64,000 nt of DNA from Octopus sinensis (taxonomy: Eukaryota). Shown piece by piece: positions 40,732-52,268 of this stretch. Made by a program: the position numbers and the translations under genes. Each line of letters opens with the position of its first letter. Within the stretch, counting starts at the first letter, position 1. The notes below the pieces were generated by a model. The model searched no databases. It was not told the origin of the DNA and saw only the letters and a program-made list of their open reading frames with translations. The stretch is from NCBI RefSeq assembly GCF_006345805.1, contig NC_043024.1, forward strand, positions 2,914,001 through 2,978,000. The letters are read 5' to 3'.

Positions 40732-40768
<37 letters not shown>

Positions 40769-41099
40769 CATAGGTAGGGTTATAATCTAAATTGTGTTGT
40801 CTTGAAGTATATATGTTTATTCCAGAACACCAAAGTTATATGTATATTTGTGTTAGGTATGCAGTAAGAGTTGAAAAATACTGGAAAATAGCTTTTAAGA
40901 AACACAGGAGATTGGGGAACGTTTTGCTGTTATTTATTCACAATTACATGCATTTACAAAATTTTATACATAGAGAAAACAAACATGCCAGACATCTCTT
41001 ATTAGAAATTATTCATACATACATACATCACTTATTGTCCACTTTCCATGCTGGGATTGGAACTGGCAAGCTTCAGAACTGCACCAAGTTGCACTCTGA

Positions 41100-41381
41100 T
41101 TTGACCAAAAAATATTATCAATTAATTTTCAAGAATTATCTACTTGCGTTTTATTTAATTTGTTCGAAAAATATTATTTAATTTGTGTAAAAAAAAATTA
41201 TTTCATTTTGTTCATAAACAGGTAACACGCAGTGTGTAAAATAATTATTTTATTTAGTTCATAAAAAGGTAACGCGCATGTGCAAATGAACTCATTTGCA
41301 TACGCCCAAGTCATAGTATCGACCACGTACGACTAGCTTGCGTGTCGCTGCGCAACAAGACCAGTATGTGCTAGTAGTACC
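41100..41381 (+). mobile_element. Merlin 3' end fragment (subterminal region and right TIR)
   Basis: Ends gaccagtatgtgctagtagtacc. Upstream sequence resembles 53320-53569. No left partner found. Confidence 0.6.
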
Positions 41382-42010
41382 ATAATGCTTCGCCTTGAGA
41401 ATTGTTTACCTTGAAAGCGAAAATACAAGACCAACATATACAACAGGTATGTAAAACATACCTGTTGTATATGTAAAGCATTTTATTAAAAAAAAAAGCA
41501 TTCTTGAAGACTAAACTAGACAGTATAATACTGCCTAACGCATCTTATGAAATTCATAAAAGCAGTCTCTGTTTTATCACCGCCAACTAAACTTGGACAG
41601 ATATGTTGAAAACAACACACCTGATTATTGATTGGAAAAAAAAAAAACCCGAAAAAGTTAAAAATTAGGAGGCAGAAAGAGAGTTAAAATTTTAAAAATG
41701 TAGATTTTTGCATATTCAGAATCTCCATCATAGAAAGCTCAGTTCCGGGAGGCTGACTCCACTAGTTCCACCTAGTAACTTAAGGTGTATTGATCACAGA
41801 AGGCATGGAACACTACTTATTAGTTCCTGAAATATTGGTAACTATCATTAACATACGAAATATAATCTGATAGCAGCAAATAGAATGGTTTTTCACTACT
41901 CTCACTTCACTCAAAAATGCTTCTCGCTTTCTCACTCTTCCCCAAAACGCCAATCAAAATACTCATCATCAGAACTGCAAACAAAAAGCGTGGTGCAGAC
42001 AAATTCTGTT

Positions 42011-42312
42011 GGTACAACTAGCGAAAAGCGGTTCCGGTGCGCGCACACATGCAGTCACTCATAAAGCCGTGAAAGAGTCTATTAAAAAGAATTCATATCG
42101 GGAAAACTAAATTAAAACTACGGGACTTTATCCTCGTTACATATTTATGGTCGCATAACACACCTATTTATACATCGATTGAAATGGCACAAAGTACTTG
42201 CTATTCAATGGTACCACCAATACATCAGAGACATTTGCAGTAATCATCCTGTGAATAACCCATACCGAATTGGTGGATTGGGCACATCGTGGAAATAGAT
42301 GAATCCAAGAAA
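42011..42312 (+). mobile_element. Merlin element A: left TIR and decayed transposase N-terminal half, cut off by the Tx1 insertion
   Basis: TIR ggtacaactagcgaaaagcggttccggtgcgcgcac. Relic reading across frames: SIKKNS...LRDFILVTYLWS...IQWYHQYIRDICS...NPYRIGGLG/HIVEIDESK. Confidence 0.7.
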
Positions 42313-45300
42313 AACAAGGAAAATGGAAGTGCTACGTGATGGGACAGAGAGCGTTCAACATGCTGGCGAATGACTTCCGAAATGATGTGTGCCCATCCAG
42401 GATGAGCAAAGAAGATGCCCTGAAAGATGTGGAAAGGAAGAGCACCAGCACGCCGATTCCATGGACCCAGGAGGCAGAAGAGACGGGTTCCCCCCGTCTG
42501 CCGGACCCAGACGAAACAAGGTAAGTGAATTATGGCTGTATAAATGTGCGCAGCCTGACATCGAACTGGAAACAAGGCCGTTTACTAAATGATGTCAGGT
42601 CGCAGAATTTAGACGTAATTGTAGCTACTGAGACGCGAATCGAAGGGCCAAGAGATCTACTCCCGCTCCTGGATGGCTACGAGAAATATACTTCTGGCCA
42701 GCAGTGGGGTGTTGGTCCTGCTGAAAAAAGATAGAGTCTCAGAGAAAAAGTTGATTTTTTCTGATTCAGAAGGTAGGCTGGTCGTCTTAGATCTGACGTT
42801 CAGTTGTGGTAAAAAAATCAGGCTGGTAGCGGTATACGCACCTAATTCGAGTCAGACGGATTTTTATCGAGACCTGGAGAAGTTTCTTGGCACGTCAAAA
42901 TCCATAGTCATGCTAGGGGACTTTAAACATCATAGTCGATGCGCGCGTCGATGGCGTTGGCTCAAAAGATAGAAAACCAAACCTTGGCTTCCGGGATCTA
43001 CTGAGTCGCTTCCAGCTGGTAGATCCCTACAGACTTGAATTCCTGAACGCTCCACAGTGGACGTGGTCAAATAGCGACGGGTCTGTCAGGTCCTACATAG
43101 ACAGAATTCTCATTAGAAAAACAGATAAAGGATTAGTTAAGTGTCCACAGTTTCACCTGGTCAGTTACAGCGACCACAAGATGGTCACTGGCGAACTGAA
43201 CCTAGATAAGATATGTAGTAAGGGATTCGGCTACTGGAAACTCAATAAGTCCCTTCTGGCTATTGAGGAATACAGAAACCGGATCGAGTTATTAGTGCAG
43301 AGGGCGTTAACCGGTTCCATTATTAACAATAAATGGTGGTACGCCCTCAAATACGAGTCCATTAGATGCAGCATAGGTCTAGCAACTAGTGGGCGTAGGA
43401 AAGAGATAGGGCTAGTTAAGGCCTTAGAGGAGCCATGAGAGCTGGCGATGGAGCCCAAGTTAGGCTGAAGAAACTGGAGTTGAACCAGCACCTCGAAGCC
43501 AAACATATGGGTTGTATCGTCAGAGCTAGAATTCGCGCAATGGGGTGCGAGGGTATTAAGGCTGCCGGATGGGCACGAGTTGTGGAGGCCAAACGTGGAA
43601 ACGATTCCACAATTAAGTCTGTGACGAACGGGCGAGGCGATGTGATTACTGAACCAGAGGAGATGTGTCGGACGTTTCAGGAGCACTTCGCTCAGCTCTT
43701 TGGGGGCGACGGCGGGCCGGAGGAGAGGGTGGACCTAACGGACATCCTCGCCGGGTTGCCGCGCCTCTCGGGCCAGGACGTGGAGAGCTGTGAAGCGTCG
43801 ATCTCGCCTGAGGAGATAGCTGAGGTCCTGGTCGACTGCGGTGAAGGCAGGGTGCCGGGGATTGATGGTTTACCTTACGAGCTATATAAAAGAATGCCAG
43901 ACTTGTTCGGGAACGTGCTGACCGGCGTCTTTGCGAACTGGCGACAGAATGGGTTCATTCCCAGATCTGTACGTCGGGGAGTGGTGACGCTGATCAGAAA
44001 GGACCCGAGCAAGGGGGACAACATAGACAACTTTCGGCCCATCACACTGCTAAACACAGAGGTGAAGATTTTGGCCAAGGTGCTAGCGAAAAGGTTGACG
44101 CGTGTTGCGGGTGGTCTGATCGGTGAGGCACAAACGTGTGCGGTCCCTGGAAGAACCATCCAGGATAATCTTCACCTAGTACGCTACACAATAGAGAGGT
44201 TTGGGAATGACTCTGGCAAAGGTGGGGCATTGGTCCATTTAGACCAGAGTAAAGCGTTTGATAGGGTGAACCATCGGTACCTGGTGTCCATGCTGGCGCA
44301 GTTCGGTCTGGGCATTGGCTTCCTCATGTGGATCATACAGTTGTACAATAACATCGACTCGATTGTTCGGGTGAATGGCTTCTTTTCGAAGCCGTTCCGC
44401 ATCAGACGGCCTGTTCGTCAAGGGACTCCGCTCTCCCCAATTTTGTATGTGATGGCTCTCGAGCCACTGCTGTGAAAGCCGAGCGCCATCCCGACGAATC
44501 CAGGAGGTGGAGGATCTGTGACATCGTATGCGGACGACATCACCATCATCGTGACCGAGGTGGAACTCCTACGTAATGTGGGAGATGCCATCAAGGCTTA
44601 CGAGACGGCGACAGGAGCAAAGATTAACCGGGAAAAATTGGTCGGCTTGCAACTCGGCACGTCGATGCCTTCGAATAGCATCGTGGGTTGCTGGACGGAG
44701 GGCCCGGTTAAGCTGCTAGGGATCTGGTTTGGTCCAGATATCCAGATAGAAAAGAACTGGTCTGAGGTGATGAGCAAGGTGGCTATCCTTGAAAGGGAGG
44801 GCGGAGGTGGCCAATGTGTTTTTAGCATCGGTCATCACCTACTGCCTGACCGTCGTCCCTTGTCCGGATTCGTGGTTAAGCAAGTTGGAGAGGAAGATCT
44901 TCCACTTTTTGTGGAAGGGAAACACTCCTCTTGTAAGACGTTCTATTTGCTGTCAGAAACTGTTAAAGGGTGGGTTAGGGATGCCTTGGCTGTTGATGCG
45001 CTGAGGTTAGGGCATCTTTGGCCCTACCTGGATGGTGAACGGGTGTGGTCCCCACTTGCGAGGCAGATGATCCCCAGCTTTGCCAGTTTCAGTGGCAGAG
45101 AAACCAGGTATCGTCGTAGACTTAGATCGAGCATGTGGTATTCAGAGTGCCACAGGGCACTCTGCCACAGGGCACTCTGCCACTTCCGCAAGTCAGGCAA
45201 TACCGGCAGCTTTCTATAGCAGGTTGGTAGAGGCCGGAAATGACGATGCCTTGGGAAGGACCTTGGGCCTCGATCGAAATCAGTTAGACAGTCTGTTCCG

Positions 45301-46063
45301 AAGGACGTTCGGGCCGAAGACATTGGATAACTTCCAGAAGTCTTTGACCTGGCAATGTTTCAGAGGGGCTTTATCCGTTCGGGATAAACTCACAAGGCAT
45401 GGTTGGAGTGGACCATCGAACTGCCCAAGATGCGAGCGGGATCTGGAAACAGTCTCGCACGCTATTGTTCAGTGTCCGGAAGTTTCGGACGTGTGGGTAT
45501 ATGCCGAACACCTGTTGTCGGATGGAAGAAGAGTACAGCTATCGGCTGAGACAATTATAAAAATTGACTCGCCTAGCTTTTTGACAAGTGAAGGTAAGCA
45601 TTGCTTTCTCAGTACAGTAGCAGTAGCGAAAGAGTGTATATGGAAGACTAGAATGAAAGCGGTAATGACAGGCACCATGATCTCTGGCTCCGCCTTGGTG
45701 ACCTATTTCAGGTTCCACCTAAAAAGAAAGGTGGAGTTAGAGAAAAGGTGTCTGTCTGCGTGTGAGTTCGACAAAATATGGAACCGTGTGGCACGATTGC
45801 TGCGAGTGAAAGGGGCCACGTGAACATGCTGTAAGTTGGCTGCCGAGTTTCGGTGGGAAAAACAGGGCTCGTGGGGTCGGCAATCCTGGTGTTCCCACTT
45901 CATGTGTTCCTTTTATGTCGTGCTGTTGTTAAAAACATTGTGTATCATTCGATTTCTTCGATTTTGTGTAAACATTTTTATGTAAATTTCATCTGTATCT
46001 CGTGACCCCAAATCATGATGTGTTGTCCCCTTCTTCGTTGGCCCCTTGTGGGTAATAAAGAAA
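42313..46063 (+). mobile_element. Tx1/L1-clade non-LTR retrotransposon copy 1, 5'-truncated, ORF2 broken
   Basis: End of ORF1, then APE endonuclease (GCINVRSL, VAVYAPN, LGDF, SDHKMV), RT (PGIDGLP, NFRPITLLN, DQSKAFDRV, VRQG, YADDI) and a C-terminal CPRC...H...C zinc motif. 3' UTR ends ccccttgtgggtaataaagaaata. Confidence 0.9.
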
Positions 46064-49000
46064 TAGGTGAACCCGATAGGATGTGTATTTTTTTCGGCTC
46101 GTGAAAATTTTGTCAGTGTATTCTACTACCAGTTGTTATTTGTGAAAGATAAAACAAAAAGAAAAAGCAAGTTGTTTTTTGAATTCGTTAGTCGAATTTA
46201 TTTGACTAATATTAGTGAAGCCGCTGAGGAGGGGTAGGCCAATAATGGCCAGCCCGAAGGCGGACAGAACGGAAGACCAAACCCAGGTCCTGAGTCCAGA
46301 GATGTCCAGCCTAGAAAAAACAATAGCTTTACCCGACATTTCCTCGGACGAAGAGGAAAGTAGGGGAATCAGAAGAAATATAGATGTGCCAAGCATGGCA
46401 AAGAAAGCGCTAAACTTCGCCGAGGCGGCTAGCCCAAAAGAAAGAAAGATAAACCTGACCAAGTTGGAAGAAGTGAAAAAGATAGTATCCCGAAACGGGT
46501 ATAAAATTAAACTGAACCAGGCGCAAGAATCTCTCGAAGAGATAGAGAGAAAGACGATAATATATAAAACATATCGTAATAAGGAAAGGAGAATAGACTT
46601 TTCTTCGGAAAAGGAAGTGGAGGCTTGCTTACTACCCATCTGGGAAAAAATTACATTTTTAACCAGGGGTAAGAGATATGGTACCGTGGAAACCAGGTTC
46701 AGAACAGAGGAAGAAGCAAGGGAGCAGTCCATGCAACCCCTGAAAACAGATACAATAACCCTTCTACCTATTTATAGAGGAAGGCGCATTTCAAGAATAA
46801 CAATTGCTAACATACCGCCAGAGGTTGAGCCCGAACTAATAGTGGCTGGAGTCACTGCAGGGCTGGGAGAAAAAATAGAAATTCGCGATGCCATGGTGGA
46901 AGACGCCAAAAAGTGGCAAGGACAGAGAGTAAAGATTATTATACAGGCCGAGGCGGACGTCTTGGAAGAGATAGGCGAGGTTATCGAGATAGGAGAGAGC
47001 CGGATGGCAGTAATGGTGGAGGGCCGGAAGCCCAGGTGTTTCACCTGTGGCAAGAAGGGCCACATCAAGAAAGACTGCAAGCCGGCGGAGAAGGAGAAGA
47101 GCGAACCCACAAAGCCAAGTTCTCAAGTGGCGGTAACAGAAACAACACCTGCAACAGAAGTAGGGGAGGGGTGGTCACAGGTTGCTGCTACAAAACGAAA
47201 ACACAATAACCCCTCCCCGGAGAAAACCATAAGCAAAAAGAAGAGAGAAGTGAAGAAAGCGAAGAAGCCGGAGAAGGAAAACAAGGTGTATGTTGCGATG
47301 AACACCGCAAACAGAGAAGTGATGCGTAGAGTGGAGACACAACACATCGAGGAGGTGGAGATGGAAGTGAGATGTAGAGACTGGAGATGCTACGTGATGG
47401 GACTGAGAGGGTTCAACACGTTAGCAAATGATTTTAGAAAAGATGTAGGCCCATCCAGAATGAGCAAGGGGGATGCCCTGAAGGATGTAGAAAAGAAGAA
47501 CAGCAGCTCGCCGATTCCACGGCCCTCGGAGGCAGAAGAGATGGGTTCCCCCCGTCGGCCGGACCCAGAGGAAATAAGGTAAGCAAACTATGGCTGTTTA
47601 CGTTGGTTGTATAAATGTGCGCACCCTGGTAGCGAACTGGAAACAAGGTCGTTTACTAAACGATATCAGGGCGCAGAATTAAAATGTAATTGTAGCTACT
47701 GAGACACGAATCGAAGGGCCAAGAGATCTACTCCCGCTCCTGGATGGCTACGAGAAATATACTTCTGGCCAGCAGTGGGGTGTTGGTCCTGCTGAAAAAA
47801 GATAGAGTCTCAGAGAAAAAGTTGATTTTTTCTGATTCAGAAGGTAGGCTGGTCGTCTTAGATCTGACGTTCAGTTGTGGTAAAGAAATCAGGCTGGTAG
47901 CAGTATACGCACCTAATTCGAGTCAGACTGATTTTTATCGAGACCTGGAGAAGTTTCTTGGCACGTCAAAATCCATAGTCATGCTAGGGGACTTTAAACG
48001 TCATAGTCGATGCGCGCGTCGATGGCGTTGGCTCAAAAGATATAAAACCAAACCCTGGCTTCCGGGATCTACTGAGTCGCTTCCAGCTGGTAGATCCCTA
48101 CAGACTTGAATTCCCGAACGCTCCACAGTGGACGTGGTCAAATAGCGACAGGTCTGTCAGGTCCTACATAGACAGAATTCTCATTAGAAAAATAGATAAA
48201 GGATTAGTTAAGTGTCCACAGTTTCACCTGGTCAGTTACAGCGATCACAAGATGGTCACTGGCGAACTGAACCTAGATAAGTTAGGTAGTAAGGGATCCG
48301 GCTACTGGAAACTCAATAAGTCCCTTCTGGCTATTGAGGAGTACAGAAACCGGATCGAGTTATTAGTGCAGAGGGCGTTAACCGGTTCCATTATTAACAA
48401 CAAATGGTGGTACGCCCTCAAAAGAGCCATCAAATACGAGTCCGTTAGATACAGCATAGGTCTAGCAACTAGTGGGCGTAGGAAAGAGATGGGGCTAGTT
48501 AAGGCCTTAGAGGAAGCCATGAGAGCTGGCGATGGAGCCCAAGTTAGGCTGAAGAGACTGGAGTTGAACCAGCACCTCGAAGCCAAACATGGGTTGTATC
48601 GTCAGAGCTAGAATTCGCGCAATGGGGTGCGAGGGTATTAAGGCTGCCGGATGGGCACGAGCTGTGGAGGCTCGACGTGGAAATGATTCCACAATTAAGT
48701 CTGTGACGAACAGGCAAGGCGATGTGATCACCGAACCAGAGGAGATGTGTCGGACGTTTCAGGAGCACTTCGCTCGGCTCTTTGGGGGCGACGGCGGGCC
48801 GGTGGACATTACGGACCTCCTCGCCGGGTTGCCGCGCCTCTTGGGGCAGGACGCGGAGAGCTGTGAAGCGTTGATCTCGCCTGAGGAGATAGCTGAGGCC
48901 TTGGCCGACTGTGGTGAAGGTAGGTCGCCGGGAATTGATGGTTTACCCTACAAGCTATATAAAAGGATGCCAGACTTGTTCGGGAATGTGCTGGCCGGCG

Positions 49001-51081
49001 TTTTCGCGAACTGGCGGCAGAATGGGTTCATTCCCAGATCTGTACGTTGGGGAGTGGTGACGCTGATCAAAAAGGACCCGAGCAAGGGGGATAGCATAGA
49101 CAACTTTCGGCCCATCACCCTGCTAAATGCAGAGTTGAAGATATTGGCCAAGGTGTTAGCGAAAAGGTTGACGCGTGTCGTCTGATTGGGGAGGCACAAA
49201 CTTGTGTGGTCCCCGGAAGAACCATTCAGGACAATCTTCATCTAGTACGCTACACCATAGAGGGATTTGGGAATGACTCTGGCAAAGGTGGGGCACTGGT
49301 CCATTTAGACCAGAGTAAAGCGTTTGATAGATTGAACCATCGGTACCTGGTGTCCGTACTGGCGCAGTTCGGTCTGGGCATTGGCTTCCTCATGTGGATC
49401 ATACAGTTGTACAATAACATCAACTCGATTGTTCGGGTGAATGGCTTCTTTTCGAAGCCGTTCCGCATCAGACGGCCTGTTCGTCAAGGGTCTCCGCTCT
49501 CCCCAATTTTGTATGTGATGGCTCTCGAGCCACTGCTGTGAAAGCCGAGCGCCATCCCGACGAATCCAGGAGGTGGAGGATCTGTGACATTGTATGCGGA
49601 CGACATCACCATCATCGTGACCGAGGTGGAACTCCTACGTAATGTGGGAGATGCCATCAAGGCTTACGAGACGGCGACAGGAGCAAAGATTAACCGGGAA
49701 AAATTGGTCGGCTTGCAACTCGGCACCTGGAGGGGCAAGTCAATGCCTTCGAATAGCCTTCGTGGGTTGCTGGACGGAGGGCCCGGTTAAGCTGCTAGGG
49801 ATCTGGTTTGGTCCAGATATCCAGATAGAAAAGAACTGGTCTGAGGTGATGAGCAAGGTGGCTATCCTTGAAAGGGAGGGCGGAGGTGGCCAATGTGTTT
49901 TTAGCATCGGTCACCACCTACTGCCTGACCGTCATCCCTTGTCCGGATTCGTGGTTAAGCAAGTTGGAGAGGAAGATCTTCCACTTTTTGTGGAAGGGAA
50001 ACACTCCTCTTGTAAGACGTTCTATTTGCTGTCAGAAACTGTTAAAGGGTGGGTTAGGGATGCCTTGGCTGTTGATGCGCTGAGGTTAAGGCATCTTTGG
50101 CCCTACCTGGATGGTGAACGGGTGTGGTCCCCACTTGCGAGGCAGATGATCCCCAGCTTTGCCAGTTTCAGTGGCAGAGAAACCAGGTATCGTCGTAGAC
50201 TTAGATCGAGCATGTGGTATTCGGAGTGCCATAAGGCACTCTGCCACTTCCGCAAGTCGGGCAATACCGGCGGCTTTGGTACCACCGCAGCTTTCTATAG
50301 CAGGTTGGTAGAGGCCGGAAATGACGATGCCTGAGGAGGACCTTGGGCCTCGAGCGTAATCAGTTAGACAGCCTGTTCGGGCCGAGGACATTGGATAACT
50401 TCCAGAAGTCTTTGACCTGGCAATGTTTCAGAGGAGCTTTACCCGTTCAGGATAAACTCACAAGGCATGGTTGGAGTGGACCATCGAACTGTCCAAGATG
50501 TGAGCGGGATCTGAAAACAGTCTCGCATGCTATTGTTCAGTGTTCGGAAGTTTCAGACGTGTGGGTATATGCGGAACACCTGTTGTCAGACGGAAGAAGA
50601 GTACAGCTATCGGCTGAGACAATTATAAAAATTGACTCGCCTAGCTTTTTGACAAGTGAAGGTAAGCATTGCTTTCTCAGTACAGTAGCAGTAGCGAAAG
50701 AGTGTATATGGAAGACTAGAATGAAAGCGGTAATGACAGGCACCATGATCTCTGGCTCTGCCTTGGTGACCTTTTTCAGGTTCCACCTTAAGAGAAAGGT
50801 GGAGATAGAGAAAAGGTGTCTGTCTGTGTGCGAGTTTGACAAAAGATGGAAACGTGTGGCACGATTGCTGCGAGTGAAAGGGGCCACGTGAACACGCTGT
50901 ATGTTGGCTGCCGAGTTTCAGTGGGAAAAACAGGGCTCGTGGGGTCGGCAGTCCTGGTGTTCCCACTTCATGTGTCGTTTTTATGTCGTGCTGTAAAAAT
51001 TTGTGTATCATTCGATTTCCTCGATTTTATGTAAAATCATGTGTTGTCCCCATCTTCATTAGTCCCTTGTGGGTAATAAAG
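46064..51081 (+). mobile_element. Tx1/L1-clade element copy 2, near full length, intact ORF1, ORF2 broken
   Basis: Directly follows copy 1 head-to-tail with the same domain order. 3' UTR ends cccttgtgggtaataaagaaac. The 5' boundary is approximate. Confidence 0.9.
46245..47582 (+). CDS. Non-LTR retrotransposon ORF1 (gag-like), 445 aa from the first ATG, with a CCHC zinc knuckle
   Basis: Open frame containing CFTCGKKGHIKKDC, a possible RRM-like region (RITIANIPPEV) and a basic tail. Confidence 0.8.
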   Translation: MASPKADRTEDQTQVLSPEMSSLEKTIALPDISSDEEESRGIRRNIDVPSMAKKALNFAEAASPKERKINLTKLEEVKKIVSRNGYKIKLNQAQESLEEIERKTIIYKTYRNKERRIDFSSEKEVEACLLPIWEKITFLTRGKRYGTVETRFRTEEEAREQSMQPLKTDTITLLPIYRGRRISRITIANIPPEVEPELIVAGVTAGLGEKIEIRDAMVEDAKKWQGQRVKIIIQAEADVLEEIGEVIEIGESRMAVMVEGRKPRCFTCGKKGHIKKDCKPAEKEKSEPTKPSSQVAVTETTPATEVGEGWSQVAATKRKHNNPSPEKTISKKKREVKKAKKPEKENKVYVAMNTANREVMRRVETQHIEEVEMEVRCRDWRCYVMGLRGFNTLANDFRKDVGPSRMSKGDALKDVEKKNSSSPIPRPSEAEEMGSPRRPDPEEIR

Positions 51082-51342
51082 AAACAACTGAACCCGGAAC
51101 CATGTGGTTGGTAAGGAAGCTACTTACCACACAGCTATCCACTCTTTCTCGAACACATCTCCTCTAAACCCTGCCAACGCTGTTTCCCCGAACACACTTC
51201 TCGACAAAACTTGTATTTTTTTTGTAACTTTCAAATAAAATGATAAAAAAAAAAAACCATAATTTCATATTGATGTGGGGAAAATACTCCGAAAGAAATC
51301 TTTGCAGAAAGGTGAGTAGATTCATTACACATTTCATTATGT

Positions 51343-51743
51343 TACTCTCTCTTTTACTTGTTTCAGTCATTTGAATGCGGCCATGCTGGAGCACCGCCTT
51401 TAGTCGAGCAAATCGACCCCGGGACTTATTCTTTGTAAGCCCAGTACTTATTCTATCGGTGTCTTTTGCCGAACCGCTAAGTGACGGGGACGTAAACACA
51501 CCAGCATCGGTTATCAAGCAATGCTAGGGGGACAAACACACAAACACATATATATATACATATATACGACAGGCTTCTTTCAGTTTCCGTCTTTGGTAGA
51601 CGGAAACTGGCATCCACTCACAAGGCATTGGTCGGCCTGGGGCTATAGCAGAAGACACTTGCCCAAGATGCCACGCAGTGGGACTGAACCCGGAACCATG
51701 TGGTTGGTTAGCAAATTACTTACCACACAGCCACTCCTGCGCC
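51343..51743 (-). mobile_element. SINE S1, full length (head-only fragment at about 51083-51140)
   Basis: Reverse complement of the S1 consensus. Confidence 0.8.
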
Positions 51744-51961
51744 TGTTACTGCAGTTTAGTGAGATTTGGCTTTATTTCTAGCATGAAAATAGCCGGCTTG
51801 AGGGGGATACATCTCTATATTTAAAAAAAAAAAAAATTTTACAAAAAAGTGAAAACTGAATTAATGGGGAGGGAGGGGGGGATTTGAATTTTTGAAGTTG
51901 CGATTTATAATTATTCTGTGACAATATAATCTGTACTTACCACATGTGTGGTAGATTTGTT

Positions 51962-52189
51962 AAAAGCTCTACCTGCGACGATTTCATCTCAATCGAAGGA
52001 GAGGTGCTTTCTCCGTCCGGGTTGCGGATCCGTGGAACAAGCTGCCAGACGAGATGGTGAAGATGCCGACGACCGCTTTGTTCAAAGCCTCCCTGGACCT
52101 CAAGTGGCCTGAACTCTTTACATGAACACCACCCTGTACTTAACTCCATGTCCTTGCTATTTGCTTTTGAGCCTAACTAACTAACTAAC
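51962..52189 (+). mobile_element. CR1/L2-like 3' end, third copy
   Basis: Same catttcatctcaatcgaaggagag...gtggaacaagctgcc 3' region as 38700-38940, with a ctaactaactaac tail. Confidence 0.8.
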
Positions 52190-52268
52190 AAATCTACCAC
52201 GCTTCTATTTCAAATTTTTTAACGTTGTCAGTTGTTACAGCAGCCACGTGGAAATTGGTCGAACATCT

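Noticed and set aside
42001-42010. TSD for the 42011-53569 element (aaattctgt versus aaatacttt, 7/9)
   Set aside because: It matches only with a 1-nt offset on both sides that breaks TIR symmetry, so it is not counted as evidence.
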